Assembly: GCF_963921235.1 (NCBI RefSeq)
Contig: NC_086108.1
Span: 54,624,001-54,688,000 of the forward strand
Reading direction: 5' to 3'
Length of the DNA stretch: 64,000 bases
Source of the DNA: Mobula hypostoma
Taxonomy: Eukaryota
Under the pieces are notes generated by a model. The model saw only the letters and a program-made list of their open reading frames with translations, made no database searches and was not told the DNA's origin. Shown piece by piece: positions 46,325 through 58,260 of this stretch; positions within the stretch are counted from its first letter, which is position 1, and each line of letters begins with the position of its first letter. Both the position numbers and the translations under genes were made by a program.

Positions 46325-47565
46325 ACTTTGCCTGACTAATCTATTGGAATTCTTTGAGGAAATAACAGGTAGATGGCAAAGGAGAATCAGTGGATGTTGG
46401 TTACTTGGATCTTCAGAAGGCCTTTGTCAAGGTGCTACACATGAGACTGCTTAACAAGACAAGAGCCCACGATATTACAGGAAAGATAGTTGCGTGGATA
46501 GGAGATTAGCTGACTGGCAGGAGGCAAAGAATGGAAATAAAGGGAGCCTATTCTGGTTGGTTGCCAGTAACTGGTATTGTTCTGCAGGGACCACTTCTTT
46601 TCACGTAGCCTGTCAACAGTTTTGGATGATGGAATTGATAGTTTTGTGGTCAAGTTTGCAGGTGGTGCGAAGATAAGCGGAGGGACAGGTAGTGCTGAGG
46701 ATGTATAGAGTCTGCAGAGGACTTAGACAGATTGGAAGAATGGTCAAAGAAGTGGCAGATGGAATATAGTATAGGGAATTGTACAGTCATGCACTTTGAT
46801 AGAAGGAATAAAGGCATAGACTATTTTTTAATTGGGAAGAAAATTCAAAATTCAGACATTGTAAGGGACTTGGGAGTTCTTGTGCAGGATTCCCTAAAGG
46901 TTACCTTGCGGGCTGAGTCAATGGTAAGGAAGGCAAATGCAATGTTTGCATTCATTTCGAGAAGACTAGAATATAATAACTAAGATGTAATGCTGAGGCT
47001 TTATAAGGCATTGATCAGATTGCACTTTGAGTTTTGTGAGCAGTTTTGGGACCCTGATCTAAGAAAGGATATGCTAAAGAGAGTCCAGAGGAGGTTCATG
47101 AGAATGATTCCGAGCATGAGAAATGTTTGATGGCTCTGGGCCTATACTTGCTTGAGTTTAGAAGAATGAGGGCAGATCTGAGTGAAACCTATCGAATATT
47201 GAAAAGTTTGGATAGAGTGGATATGGAGAGGATGTTTTCTGTGGTGGGTGAGTCTTTGACTGGAGGCCACAACTTCAGAACATAGTGACATCCATTTAGA
47301 TCAGAGATGAGGAGGAATTTCTTCAGCCAGAGGGAAGTGAATCTGTGGGATTCATTTCCACAGATGACAGTGAGCCAAGTCATTGAGTATATTTAAAGCA
47401 AAGTTTGATCGGTTCTTGTTTGGTCTGGATGTCAAAGGCTATGGATAGAATGCAGGAGAATGGGGCTGAGAGGGCTAAAATATCAGCCATGATGGAATGG
47501 TGGTTCAGACTTGATGGGTCAAATGGCCTAATTCTGCTTCTACAGTATGTCAGATGGTCTTACAG
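46325..47565 (+). mobile_element. Degenerate CR1 ORF2 3' half and tail
   Basis: LTNLLEFFEE, YLDLQKAF, EWSKKWQMEY, RDLGVLVQ; 3' UTR. Confidence 0.9.
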
Positions 47566-47805
47566 ACACTGAGATCTATTTGCCATATCTTTTTCTTTGT
47601 CTTGGAGATCTCTGTTTTTTGCACAGAAGTTAGTGGTTTTCTAAAAAGACCTGACAGAGGAGGTGATGGAAGCAGATGGATATACAATGTTTGGAAGGTG
47701 TTTGATTGGGAAAGGCACAGGGGAGTACAGGTGTAATGCAGGCAAGTGTGTTAGCATAGATGGACATCATGTTTAGTGACAAGTTGAGCTGAAAAGGTCC
47801 ACCTA

Positions 47806-48372
47806 CACTCAGTGACCACTTTATTAGGTACACCTATACATCAGCTTGTAAAAGCCAATGACTTGCCAATCATGTGGCAGCAATTCAATCCATAAAAGCA
47901 CGCAGACATGGTCAAAATGTCCAGTTGTTTTTCAGGTCAAACAACAGAGTGGGGAAGAAATGTGATTTAAGTGACTTTGACCGTGGAATGATTGTTGATG
48001 CCAGACGGGGTGGCTTAAAATCTCAGAAGCTGCTGATCTCCTGGGATTTTCATGCACAACAGTCTCAAGAGTCTATCAAGAATGGAGTATAAAACAAAGA
48101 AGAAACACCTAGTAAGTGGCAGTTCTGTGGGAGAAAACGCCTTGTTAATGAGAGGGGTCAGAGAAGAATAGCCAAGCTGCTTCATACTGCCAGAAAGGTG
48201 ACAGTAACTCAGATAACCATGGTTAGAACAGTGGTGTGCAGATGAGTATATCTGAATGCGCATCATGTTGAACCTTGAAGTGGATGGGCTACAGCAACAG
48301 AAGACCACAAACACACACTCAGTGGCCACTTTATTGGGTACAGGAAGTACCTAATAAAGTGGCCAATGAGTG
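47806..48372 (+). mobile_element. Non-autonomous Tc1 derivative, copy 2 (N-terminal HTH only, terminal palindrome 48316-48372)
   Basis: TA|cactcagtg.ccactttattaggtac ... gtacctaataaagtggcca.tgagtg|TA; GKKCDLSDFDRGMIVDARRGG. Confidence 0.9.
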
Positions 48373-48439
48373 TATGTGCTGTCTGGCTCTACAATTCTAT
48401 CCTTTATCCATTAAAGTCTTTTCTGAAGCTTTCATATCT

Positions 48440-48675
48440 GTGCCAGAGAATGGTGAATCTGTGGAATTTATTGCCACCGATGGCTGTTGAGGCCAAGTCA
48501 TTAGGTACACTTAAAGTGGAAACTGATAGGGTCTTTATTAGTAGGGTGTCAAAGGTTATGGGGAGAAGGCAGTAGAATGGGGTTGAGAGAAATAATAAAT
48601 CAGCCATGATGGAAGAGTGGAGTAGACTCGATGGGCCGAATGTCTAATTATGCTCCTATGCTTATGGTCTTATGA
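48440..48675 (+). mobile_element. CR1 3' fragment
   Basis: QRMVNLWNLLP..AVEAKSL; (GGTCTTAT)-type tail. Confidence 0.88.
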
Positions 48676-48994
48676 AGTATTGAATGACAAGGTACAACTT
48701 TGTGCAACAAGCAGACTTGGAAATGTTGCTTTCTGTATTTTGCCACTGAATGAATTTCTCAACAAGGCCAATAATTTACATCAAACTTCATGAAGTTTGT
48801 CTTTGCCTAATAGTTTTTTTATCAGCTGTAGGTTTGGCTGCTGAGGCGGGCTGGCATTGTGGATCAGTCCTTAAGTAGAGACTTGACGTTTGGTGATGAA
48901 TCCTGAGGCCCTAATTCCAGATCCCAGATGGCCTCTGCTATGTTTTAATGCCTCTGGTGATCAATTCACTGGTCAAATGTATTTAAACAATTAT

Positions 48995-49602
48995 TGCAAC
49001 CCTCTGCTTTCCTTGGCTGCGTAAGTCTAGGGAAGGCAACCTCTGGTCCCACCAAACCCGTCAGATTGAGGCGTTCTCCCAGCCTAAACCTTGTTTGTGT
49101 GGCTGCTGTGTCATTGCTACCATTACAAGTTAGTGTCATGAAATTACAGACAGTACATTGCACACGATTCAAAGATTATATTTATCAATCTTATTTTGAC
49201 TAAAGGGTCAGTAAAGAACAAAAGGGCCCACTTTAATGAAACAGTCAAATGTGCACAAGTTGGAGCTCAAAGTTTCTCCATAGTCACTGATCCTCGATCA
49301 ATCTCACCCCTAGCTTCGTCGAATCATGGTCCAGCTCCGGGTCGAATCCTATGACCTCTTCTCTCATGCGTCTTCCCTTTTCATCTCCTCTCAAACAAAA
49401 GTCCAAAGCCCAAATTTAGTGTCCCTCACCTGAGAAACCTCCCCTTAATTCGATCATCCTAATTGGATGACACACATTTCCTCCCATCTCTTATCTTCAA
49501 CAATAACCCAAACAAACTGAAAATAGAGCAGACTGCTCTTACAGAACTGCTAAATGAAATACATACAGCATAACAGCAAAAAATATGAACCGAGGAATTA
49601 CA
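48995..49602. mobile_element. Solo LTR
   Basis: TG...CA ends; 4-bp TSD ttat (48991-48994 and 49603-49606); related to 21121-21734. Confidence 0.8.
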
Positions 49603-49935
49603 TTATAAAAATACAGAAATTATTTTCTTAAATATTTACTTAAATAATTCAGTAAAATAAGAAACCAAAGACAGTTAACTGAAACTAAGGGCACAATTAA
49701 TGTTGGTGATCCCTTTTAGATTGAATTGGGTTGCATTATGTAAGCTAACTATCCTATTTCCACTGAAGCTGAAGGGATCTCCACCCTGGATTCAGCACTG
49801 AGTTGGGATGCACACTGTCATATGCCGAGATTCCCCTATGAACCACTTAACCATATAACCATATAACAATTACAGCACAGAAACAGGCCATCTCGGCGCT
49901 TCTAGTCCGTGCTGAACTCTTACTCTCACCTAGTT

Positions 49936-52790
49936 CTACCGACCTGCGCTCAGCCCATAACCCTCCATTCCTTTCCTGTCCATATAGCTGTCCAATTTAA
50001 CTTTAAACAACAACATGGAACCTGCCTCAACCTCTTCTGCTGGAAGCTCATTCCACACAGCTACCACTCTCTGAGTAAAGAAGTTCCCCCTCATGTTACC
50101 CCTAAACTTTTGCCCCTTAACTCTCAACTCATGCCCTCTTGTTTGAATCTCCCCCACTCTCAATGGAAAAAGCCTATCCACGTCAACTCTATCTATCCCC
50201 CTCATAATTTTAAACACCTCTATCAAGTCCCCCCTCAACCTTCTACGTTCCAAAGAATAAAGACCCAACTTGTTCAACCTTTCTCTGTAACTTAGGTGAT
50301 GAAACCCAGGTAACATTCTAGTAAATCTTCTCTGTACTCTCTCTGTTTTGTTGACATCTTTCCTATAATTCAGTGACCAAAACTGTACACAATACTCCAA
50401 ATTTGGCCTCACCAATGCCTTGTACAATTTCAACATTACATCCCAACTCCTATGCTCAATGCTGCGATTTATAAAGGCCAGCATACCAAAAGCTTTCTTC
50501 ACCACCCTATCCACATGAGATTCCACCTTCAGGGAACTATGCACCATTATTCCTAGATCCCTCTGTTCTACTGCATTCTTCAATGCCCTACCATTTACCA
50601 TGTATGTCCTATTTTGATTAGTCCTACCAATATGTAGCACCTCACATTTATCAGCATTAAACTCCATCTGCCATCTTTCAGCCCACTCTTCTAACTGGCA
50701 TAAATCTCTCTGCAACCTTTGAAACCCCCCCTACTTCATTATCTACAACTCCACCTATCTTAGTATCATCTGCATACCTACTCATCCAATTTACCACCCC
50801 TTCATCCAGATCATTAATGTATATGACAAATAACATTGGACCCAGTACAGATCCCTGAGGCACACCACTAGTCACCGGCCTCCAATCTGACAAACAGTTA
50901 TCCACCACCACTCTCTGGCATCTCCCATCCAGCCACTGCTGAATCCATCTTACTACTTCAATATTAATACCTAACGATTGAATCTTCCTAACTAACCTTC
51001 CATGTGGGACCTTGTCAAAGGCCTTACTGAAGTCCATATAGACAACATCCACCGCTTTACCCTCGTCAACTTTCCTAGTAACCTCTTCAAAAAATTCAAT
51101 AAGATTTGTCAACCATGACCTTCTACGCACAAATCCATGTTGACTGTTCCTAATCAGACCCTGTCTATCCAGATAATTATATATACCATCTCTAAGAATA
51201 CTTTCCATCAATTTACCCACCACTGACGTCAAACTCACAGGCTGATTAATTGCTAGGTTTACTCTTAGAACCCCATTTAAACAATGGAATAACATGAGCA
51301 ATACACCAATCTTTCGGCACCACCCCCGTTTCTAATGACATTTGAAATATTTCTGTCAGAGCCCCTGCTATTTCCACACTAACTTCCCTCAAGGTCCCAG
51401 GGAGTATCCTGTCAGGACCCGGAGACTTATCCACTTTTATATTCCTTAAAAGCTCCAGTACTTCCTCTTCTTTAATCAACATAATTTCCATAACTTCCCT
51501 ACCTGTTTCCCTCATCTTACACAATTCAATATCCTTCTCCTTAGTGAATACCAAAGAAAATAAAATGTTCAGAATCTCCCCCATCTCTTTTGGCTCCACA
51601 TATAGCTGTCCAATCTGATTCTCTAAGGGACTAATTTTATCCCTCGCTATCCTTTTGCTATTAATATAATGGTAGAAACCCTTGGGATTTATTTTCACCT
51701 TACTTGCCAAAGCGACCTCATATCTTCTTTTAGCTTTTCTAATTTCTTTCTTAAGATTCTTTTTACATTCTTTATATTCCTCGAGCACCTCATTTACTCC
51801 ATGCTGCCTATATTTATTGTAGATATCTCTCTTTTTTCAAACCAAGTTTCCAATATGTCTTGAAAACCATGGCTCTCTCAAACTTTTAACCTTTTCTTTC
51901 AATCTAACAGGAACATAAAGATTCTGTACCCTCAAAATTTCACCTTTAAATGACCTCCATTTCTCAATTACATTCTTGCCATAAAACAAATTGTCCCAAT
52001 CCACTCCTTCTAAATCCTTTCGCATCCCCTCAAAGTTAGCCTTTCTCTAATCAAAAAATCTCAACCCTGGGTCCAGACCTATCCTTCTCCATAATTATAT
52101 TGAAACTAATAGCAATGTGATCAGTGGACCCAAAGTGCTCCCCAACACAAACCTCTGTCACCTGATCTGTCTCATTCCCTAACAGGAGATCCAATACTGC
52201 CCCTTCTCTCGTTGGTACCTCTATGAATTGCTGCAAAAAACTATCCTGCACACATTTTACAAACTCCAAAGCACCCAGCCCCTTTACAGTATGGGCTTCC
52301 CAGTCTATGTGTGGACAATTAATATCTCCCACAATCACAACCTTGTGCTTACTACAAATATCTGCTATCTCCTTACAAATTTGCTCCTCTAATTCTCGCT
52401 CCCCATTTGGTGTTCTATAATACACCCCTATAAGTGTTACTGCACCTTTTCCATTCCTCAATTCCACCCAAATAGCCTCCCTAGACGAGCCCTCTAATCT
52501 ATCCTGCCAAAGCACCGCTGTAATATTTTCTCCGATAAGCAATGCAACACCTCCCCCTCTTGTTCTTCTGATTCTATCACACCTGAAGCAATTGAATCCA
52601 GGAATATTTAGTTGCCAATCACACCCCTCCTGCAACCATGTTTCACTAATAGCTACAACATCATATTTCCAGGTATCAATCCATGCGTTAAGCTCATCCA
52701 CTTTTCTTATAATGCTCCTAGCATTAAAATAAATGCATTTAAGAAATTTTCCACCTCATACTCTCTGTTTATCACTAACGGTGCAAACAA
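49936..52790 (-). pseudogene. CR1 ORF2: APE endonuclease and RT
   Basis: [57 protein letters not shown]; several frameshifts. Confidence 0.92.
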
Positions 52791-52862
52791 CTTTACTATT
52801 TTCTTTTTCTTCTTTCTTCCCTACATCTGTTCCTACACTCTGGTTCCCCTCCCCCCTCATAT

Positions 52863-53805
52863 CTAGTTTAAATCCACTGGAGCCTTTCTAGCAAACCTAC
52901 CTGCAAGAATATTTGTCCCCCTCCACTTCAGATGTAAACCGTCCCTCCGGAACAGGTCCCACCTTCCCTGGAAAACTGCCCAATTATCTATAAATCTGAA
53001 GCCCTCCCTCCTGCACCATGTCTTCAGCCACGTGTTGATCTGCGCTATCTTACTATTTCTAAACCCTGCCTGCACATGGCACTGGTAGCAATCCTGAGAT
53101 TGCTATCCTGGAGGTCCTGTCCTTTAACTTGGCGCCTAACTCCCTAAACTCACCTTTCAGGACCTCCTCACTCTTCCTACCCACGTCACTGGTCCCTACA
53201 TGGACCATGACATCCGGCTGCTCACCCTCCCTCTTGAGGATACTGAGAACTCGATCCGAGATATCGCAGACCCTGGCACCAGGGAGGCAACAGACCATCT
53301 GGGATTCTCCATCTCTTCTACAGAACCTCTTATCTGTCCCCCTAAGTATCGAATCCCCTATCACTACTGCTCTCTTCTTTTTCCTCCTTCCATTCTGAGT
53401 TGAGGGTCCCATCTCGGTGCCAGAGACGCAACCACTGCAACTTGTCCCTGGTAGATTGTCTCCATCAACAGTATCCAAAACGATGTACTAATTATTGGTG
53501 GGAATGGCCACAGGGGTGCTCTGCTCATTCTGTCTATTCCCCTTCCCTCTCCTGACAGTCACCCAGCTACCTGTCTCCTGACTCTTAGGGGTGACTATCT
53601 CCCTGTAACTCCTCTCTATTTCTGCCTCTGCCTCCCAAATGATCCGAAGTTCATCCAGCTCCAGCTCCAGTTCCCTAACTTGGTTTGTCAGGAGCTGCAG
53701 CTGGATGCACCTTTTACAGGTGTAGTCATCAGGGACAATTGTGCTTGCCCTGACTTCCCACATACTGCATACGGAGCACTCAACTGCCTTAACTGCTGTC
53801 TCCAT
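52863..53805 (-). pseudogene. CR1 ORF1: zinc finger, coiled coil and SGNH esterase-like domain
   Basis: CSVC...CKRC, VRELELELDEL, VIGDSILRG, VHVGTSDVG, DGLHL; broken into three pieces. Confidence 0.9.
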
Positions 53806-54129
53806 AATCTACTCCTAAGGTAATTAGATTTATTAAAGGAACTTACCCGGCCTTACCTCACTTGGAGTGAAGCTCTTCCTCAGCCTCTGCTCGCTGAAGC
53901 CGCTCGAGCCAAAGCCTTCCTACTCTGTCTCCCTTTACTCCGTCGCCCGCTCCGTTAATCTGCTCTCTTTTAAATACTTTGGCTGCCTCACGGTCCGACT
54001 TACATGCGCTTGCGCAGTCGTGCCCTGCTCAACTGCCGAAGGAATGAACGACTTCCACACACTTACTGAAGGTTAGTACATTCTAGCCCAATGCCATTCG
54101 CATTCTGGCACCCATTGTGTAGGACACCA

Positions 54130-55350
54130 CTGGTCTTAACTGCAACTTCAAACTTTCAGTTCTTTTTTTAAGATATGGGAATTTAGGAAAAAGCGAGCAT
54201 TTATTGCTCACCCATAACTGTCCTTCCTGCATATTTCTGGTGAAGGTACCACAATACTCTCGGGCAGGGAGCTCAAGGATTTGATGCAATATCAATGCAG
54301 ATGATACAATATTTTTCCAAGTTAACATGATATGTGATGAGGAGTGGTGAATCAGGTTGTGGTGTTCCCTTGATTCTGCATTACTCGTCCTTCCTGCTGG
54401 TACAACTTTCAGACAGGTGATTAGTGAAGAGGTGAACATCTGGGACACAAACAGGGTGCAACCTACAGTTCAAAACCTTCTGACTCTGGTAACAACATTG
54501 CTATTAAGATAAGATAGGCACAATAATGCATCAAGCTTATTCCATCATGTCACGTATCCTATGTTTGGATTCTTTCAAATTTGTCTCCTCCCTTTTTTTT
54601 GTTAACCACCTGAGCTTCTGTATCTTAGCAACTGCTCTGAAGCTCATAATGCTCAGAATGGGATGCTTTAATTTTATTATCCCAAATGCAACAGGATCTA
54701 GACAGCCTTTGATGGCTAAACATTGTCATCAACATCTTGGAAATTCACTACTAGCCTGTTGTGTATGGGAATATCTAATAAAAACTGCAGATACAAAACT
54801 AGGTCAGGGTCTGGGAATTCTGCGGTACATGACTCGTGTCCTACCTCTCCAGAGCATTTCTAACATCCATGGTGTAAGCGTACGATAGGATCAATTCCAT
54901 TTGCGCCTATTCCATCAGAGCAGTTCCAGCAGCACTGAAGCTCAGCGCTGCCTAGGACAGAACAGCACTCTTAGTGACAAATCCTTTCATCATTCCAAGC
55001 ATTCATTCTCTGCACCATCTGCACCCCCATGGCTACTATGGGCATACTTGAAAACAGCAATTGCATAAATCCACTAAAACCTTTTCGTTTATGTGAAGCA
55101 AACCTGTGAACTCAGCCACCTAGAAGGACAATATTAGAAGATGTATAAGAACAGCACCACCTACAAGTTTCTTTCTGGGTGACAAAGATTTGAGAATGTA
55201 TCACCATTTATTCATTGCCATTGGATGTTCATCCAGAACTCCCACATCATCAACAGTGTGGGAACACTTCAATCTGCAGTTCAAGAAAAGAGCTGCCCAA
55301 GAGCTTCTCCTTGGAAAAGAGGGCCTCACCACTAATGATTGCATTTCATA
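54130..55350. mobile_element. Two very old LINE 3' remnants in opposite orientation (about 54130-54410 minus, 54790-55350 plus)
   Basis: Faint mutual reverse-complement similarity (aaatccttgagctccc vs catccagaactccc) and a GQGLGILR-like remnant; recognised from memory of shark repeats. Confidence 0.45.
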
Positions 55351-55959
55351 AACAACAACAGAATCTTCTAAGCACTATTTTTTGATCTTCCTGCTTCTGC
55401 CTGGTCAGTCAATAATTTTGTTTCTCTTGGAGTTTCCAGTCCCAATCTCAATTCAGTTTCCTCTGATAAGCATTCATGCCTCCTCTGTATCGTGCTTTGC
55501 TTTCTCCAAATGTCCATGGTTTATTATGAGCTACCCAGCAATACCACTCTCTGACGTCTCTCTGGCAGCCCTGCCCAGTGTGCCCACTAGGAAGTAATCT
55601 TTGACTCTGGAAACACTTCTCTTTATTCTACACCATTCATGTTCTCCACATCTTATCTTCTCCACTTCCTTCTACTCTCGAAAATAGTTCCCGAGTCATT
55701 TACAAATGCAGCTTCAAGCTTCCAATCCCCATTCTTTGATACTCCTTTTGCAACACTGGTTTTGCAGCTGCAATTACTCCCATACCGAAATCAAAATAGT
55801 GTAAATACTGGAAATATAAAACAAAAACAGAAAATGCTCTCATTCAAACTGATAGTCAATGATCTGAATAGTAACTGTTGCTCCACAGTAGCTGCCTGAC
55901 AAAATGCATTTTCACTATTTTCTGCATTTACTCACTTATCTTTTCTATTATGCCTCAGA

Positions 55960-58260
55960 TCCAAAAACGTGATTTCAAATCCACCATAGAACTTGGAAAA
56001 CTAAGTAAAATAATTTTAAAATAGCCAGTCTCGGTAACACTGACCATGAAAATACTTGATTCTAGTAAACTTCATTTAGTTCATGATTATCCTTCTGGAA
56101 AAGAAACCTGCTGCCTTTATTCAGTGTGGCTTTCATTTGATTTTAGACAAACAGCAATGTGATTGACCCACACCAGGATTCTGAAAGGACTGCGTCATTC
56201 CAAAAACCACTAGATTGACACATGATAAGAATAAGACCGATGGACACCAAGCATCCACCAAAGATTTGGATTTGGCAAAAGGAAAGTAATTTTAGTCCAA
56301 ATCATTCCAAATTTCTCATCACAAACATCTTGAAACTGGTGTTTCACCTGGGGAGATTGTTTATGCACCAGTCTGATGCAGTCATACTCATAGAATCCTG
56401 CTATACAGATGCCTCCGTCACAGTCCTTGGCTAGATACTGTCTTACTGGCTGGACAGACTTATCAGAGTTGGTGGCATAACAGTATGCATTTGAGAAGGA
56501 ATGGCCATGACAGCCCGCAGCATGGACTTCAGACACCATTTATCCTACTGATCACTACCTATTGTCCCCCTTAAGCTACTGAATCAGTATTTCACCATGT
56601 TGAACAGCACCATGGAAGAACATCAGGAGAAGCAGTAGGGTGTACTCTGGGTCTGATTTACAATATCTATGACCTTGCTTTTCTCAGTAGTAACACCACA
56701 GATTGAGCTAACTGACTCCTGAAGGGCGTAGCTCTGGACACAGTACGTGGCAAAAGATGACTGAGTATCATGAGACTTAAACCTACCCGACCTTATCGTT
56801 ACCAGTCTACGTGATGCAGAGATGTTTGTCCATGACGATAGGTGTGACCACTGCACAGTTCATGTAGAGACAACGTCCTTCCTTCATATGACATCACGAT
56901 TCAGCTAAAATGGACAAATTCAGGTAGTTTAAAACTGGAAATCTGTAAGGAGCTCTGAGCTGCCAGCAGCAGCAGGATTGAATACCAACTTGACCTGCTA
57001 CATTAGGATCGAGATCAACCTCCTCTCTACCAGGGAGAAAACCTCATTCAATGATGACTTTTGAAGGGAACACTGGGAGCTGCACAATCCACGTGTAAGA
57101 ACGAGCTGCCGGCATATCAAAGCTGCAATAGGGATCTGCTTGTCTTTTCACCAGCTAAATCTGCATGCAGTATACAGGCCTTAGTGACCCCAGAACCAAT
57201 GGATCAAATCAAAGCTACATAGTCATGTTACCTCCAGTCATTTATCTATTTAGAAATACAACACAGACCAGGCCCTTCCAGCCCAAACAGCGACACTGCC
57301 CAGCAATGCACCATTTTAACCCTACCCAAATCACATGACAATGTACAATGACCAATTAACCTTCGGAATGTGGGAGCATCCGGAGGAAATCCACGCTCTT
57401 GTAGGAACGACGTACAAACTTCTTACATACAGCATTAAAATTGAACTCCAAGCTCAGATGCCCTGAGCCATAATAGCATCACACTAACAGCTAACAGGAG
57501 AACGAATACCCCAACCACTACAAAAACAGAACCCAGCATGCGAGGGCCAGTAATAGTATTCCACCAATTTGATTAATTCCACATGATACCAGGAAATGGC
57601 TGAGAATGACGAGAATTCCAGAATTAACTATTCTCTGTCAAAGCTGTCCCAGTATATTTACAATGTTAGAAACTACCTGACCGAGTGGTAAGCTGCTGGC
57701 TATGCTGGGTCAACAAAAACGTGAGGTAAATCCAATCCAGCAAACTAACACCTTATCACTCTGTTCTAAATCATGAGAAAAGTGACAGAAGCTGTTGTTG
57801 GTAGTGCTTTCAAGCACCATTTATTCACCAGTAGCTCATCCCCTTCCTTCGTGTTCAGCTTTTCTACAACTTGTCTGTAATTCTTATTGCAGCCTTGATC
57901 CAGGCGTAAACAAACAGGATGACCTCCAGAGATGAGCTGAAAAGGACTGTCCATGATATCAAGGCAGCATTGGGCAAGAGGGGCATCAAGAAGCCCTGGT
58001 GCACTTATAGTTAGTGCAAATAAAGGGCAAGTTCTCTGCTGGCAAGGCTATTGTCTCAGGAAGGAAGTGATCTTGCTCAAGACCTTATTGCAGGAGTTCC
58101 TCAGAACAGTGTTCAGGGTCCACCAGCTTCAGTGATTCAATCTCATAGATATCCAGTCTAGCATCATAAGGTCAGAGGTGAGGTTGCTTGCTGTTTGCAC
58201 ACTTCAGCTCAGGATACGAAGCAGGCCATGTCTGCATTCACTGAAATCTAGACCCTTCAG
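55960..58260 (+). mobile_element. Very old APE-type LINE (5' UTR, endonuclease and RT remnants)
   Basis: TNILKL...QSDAVILIES (APE N-terminal motif), GVPQNSVQGP at about 58090-58120; heavily decayed. Confidence 0.55.
57240..57495 (-). mobile_element. V-domain SINE with CR1-type tail (HE1-like)
   Basis: Minus strand aagtttgtacgtcgttcc...gcgtggatttcctccggatgctcccacattccgaa ... gggctggaagggcctg...tgtatttctaaata. Confidence 0.7.

Larger units (their letters stand above)
49849..54043 (-). mobile_element. Full-length CR1 LINE (about 4.2 kb), inactivated by frameshifts
   Basis: 5' UTR, ORF1, ORF2 and (GGTTATAT)n tail; TSD atgaac(c/g)actt at 49838-49848 and 54044-54054. Confidence 0.95.
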
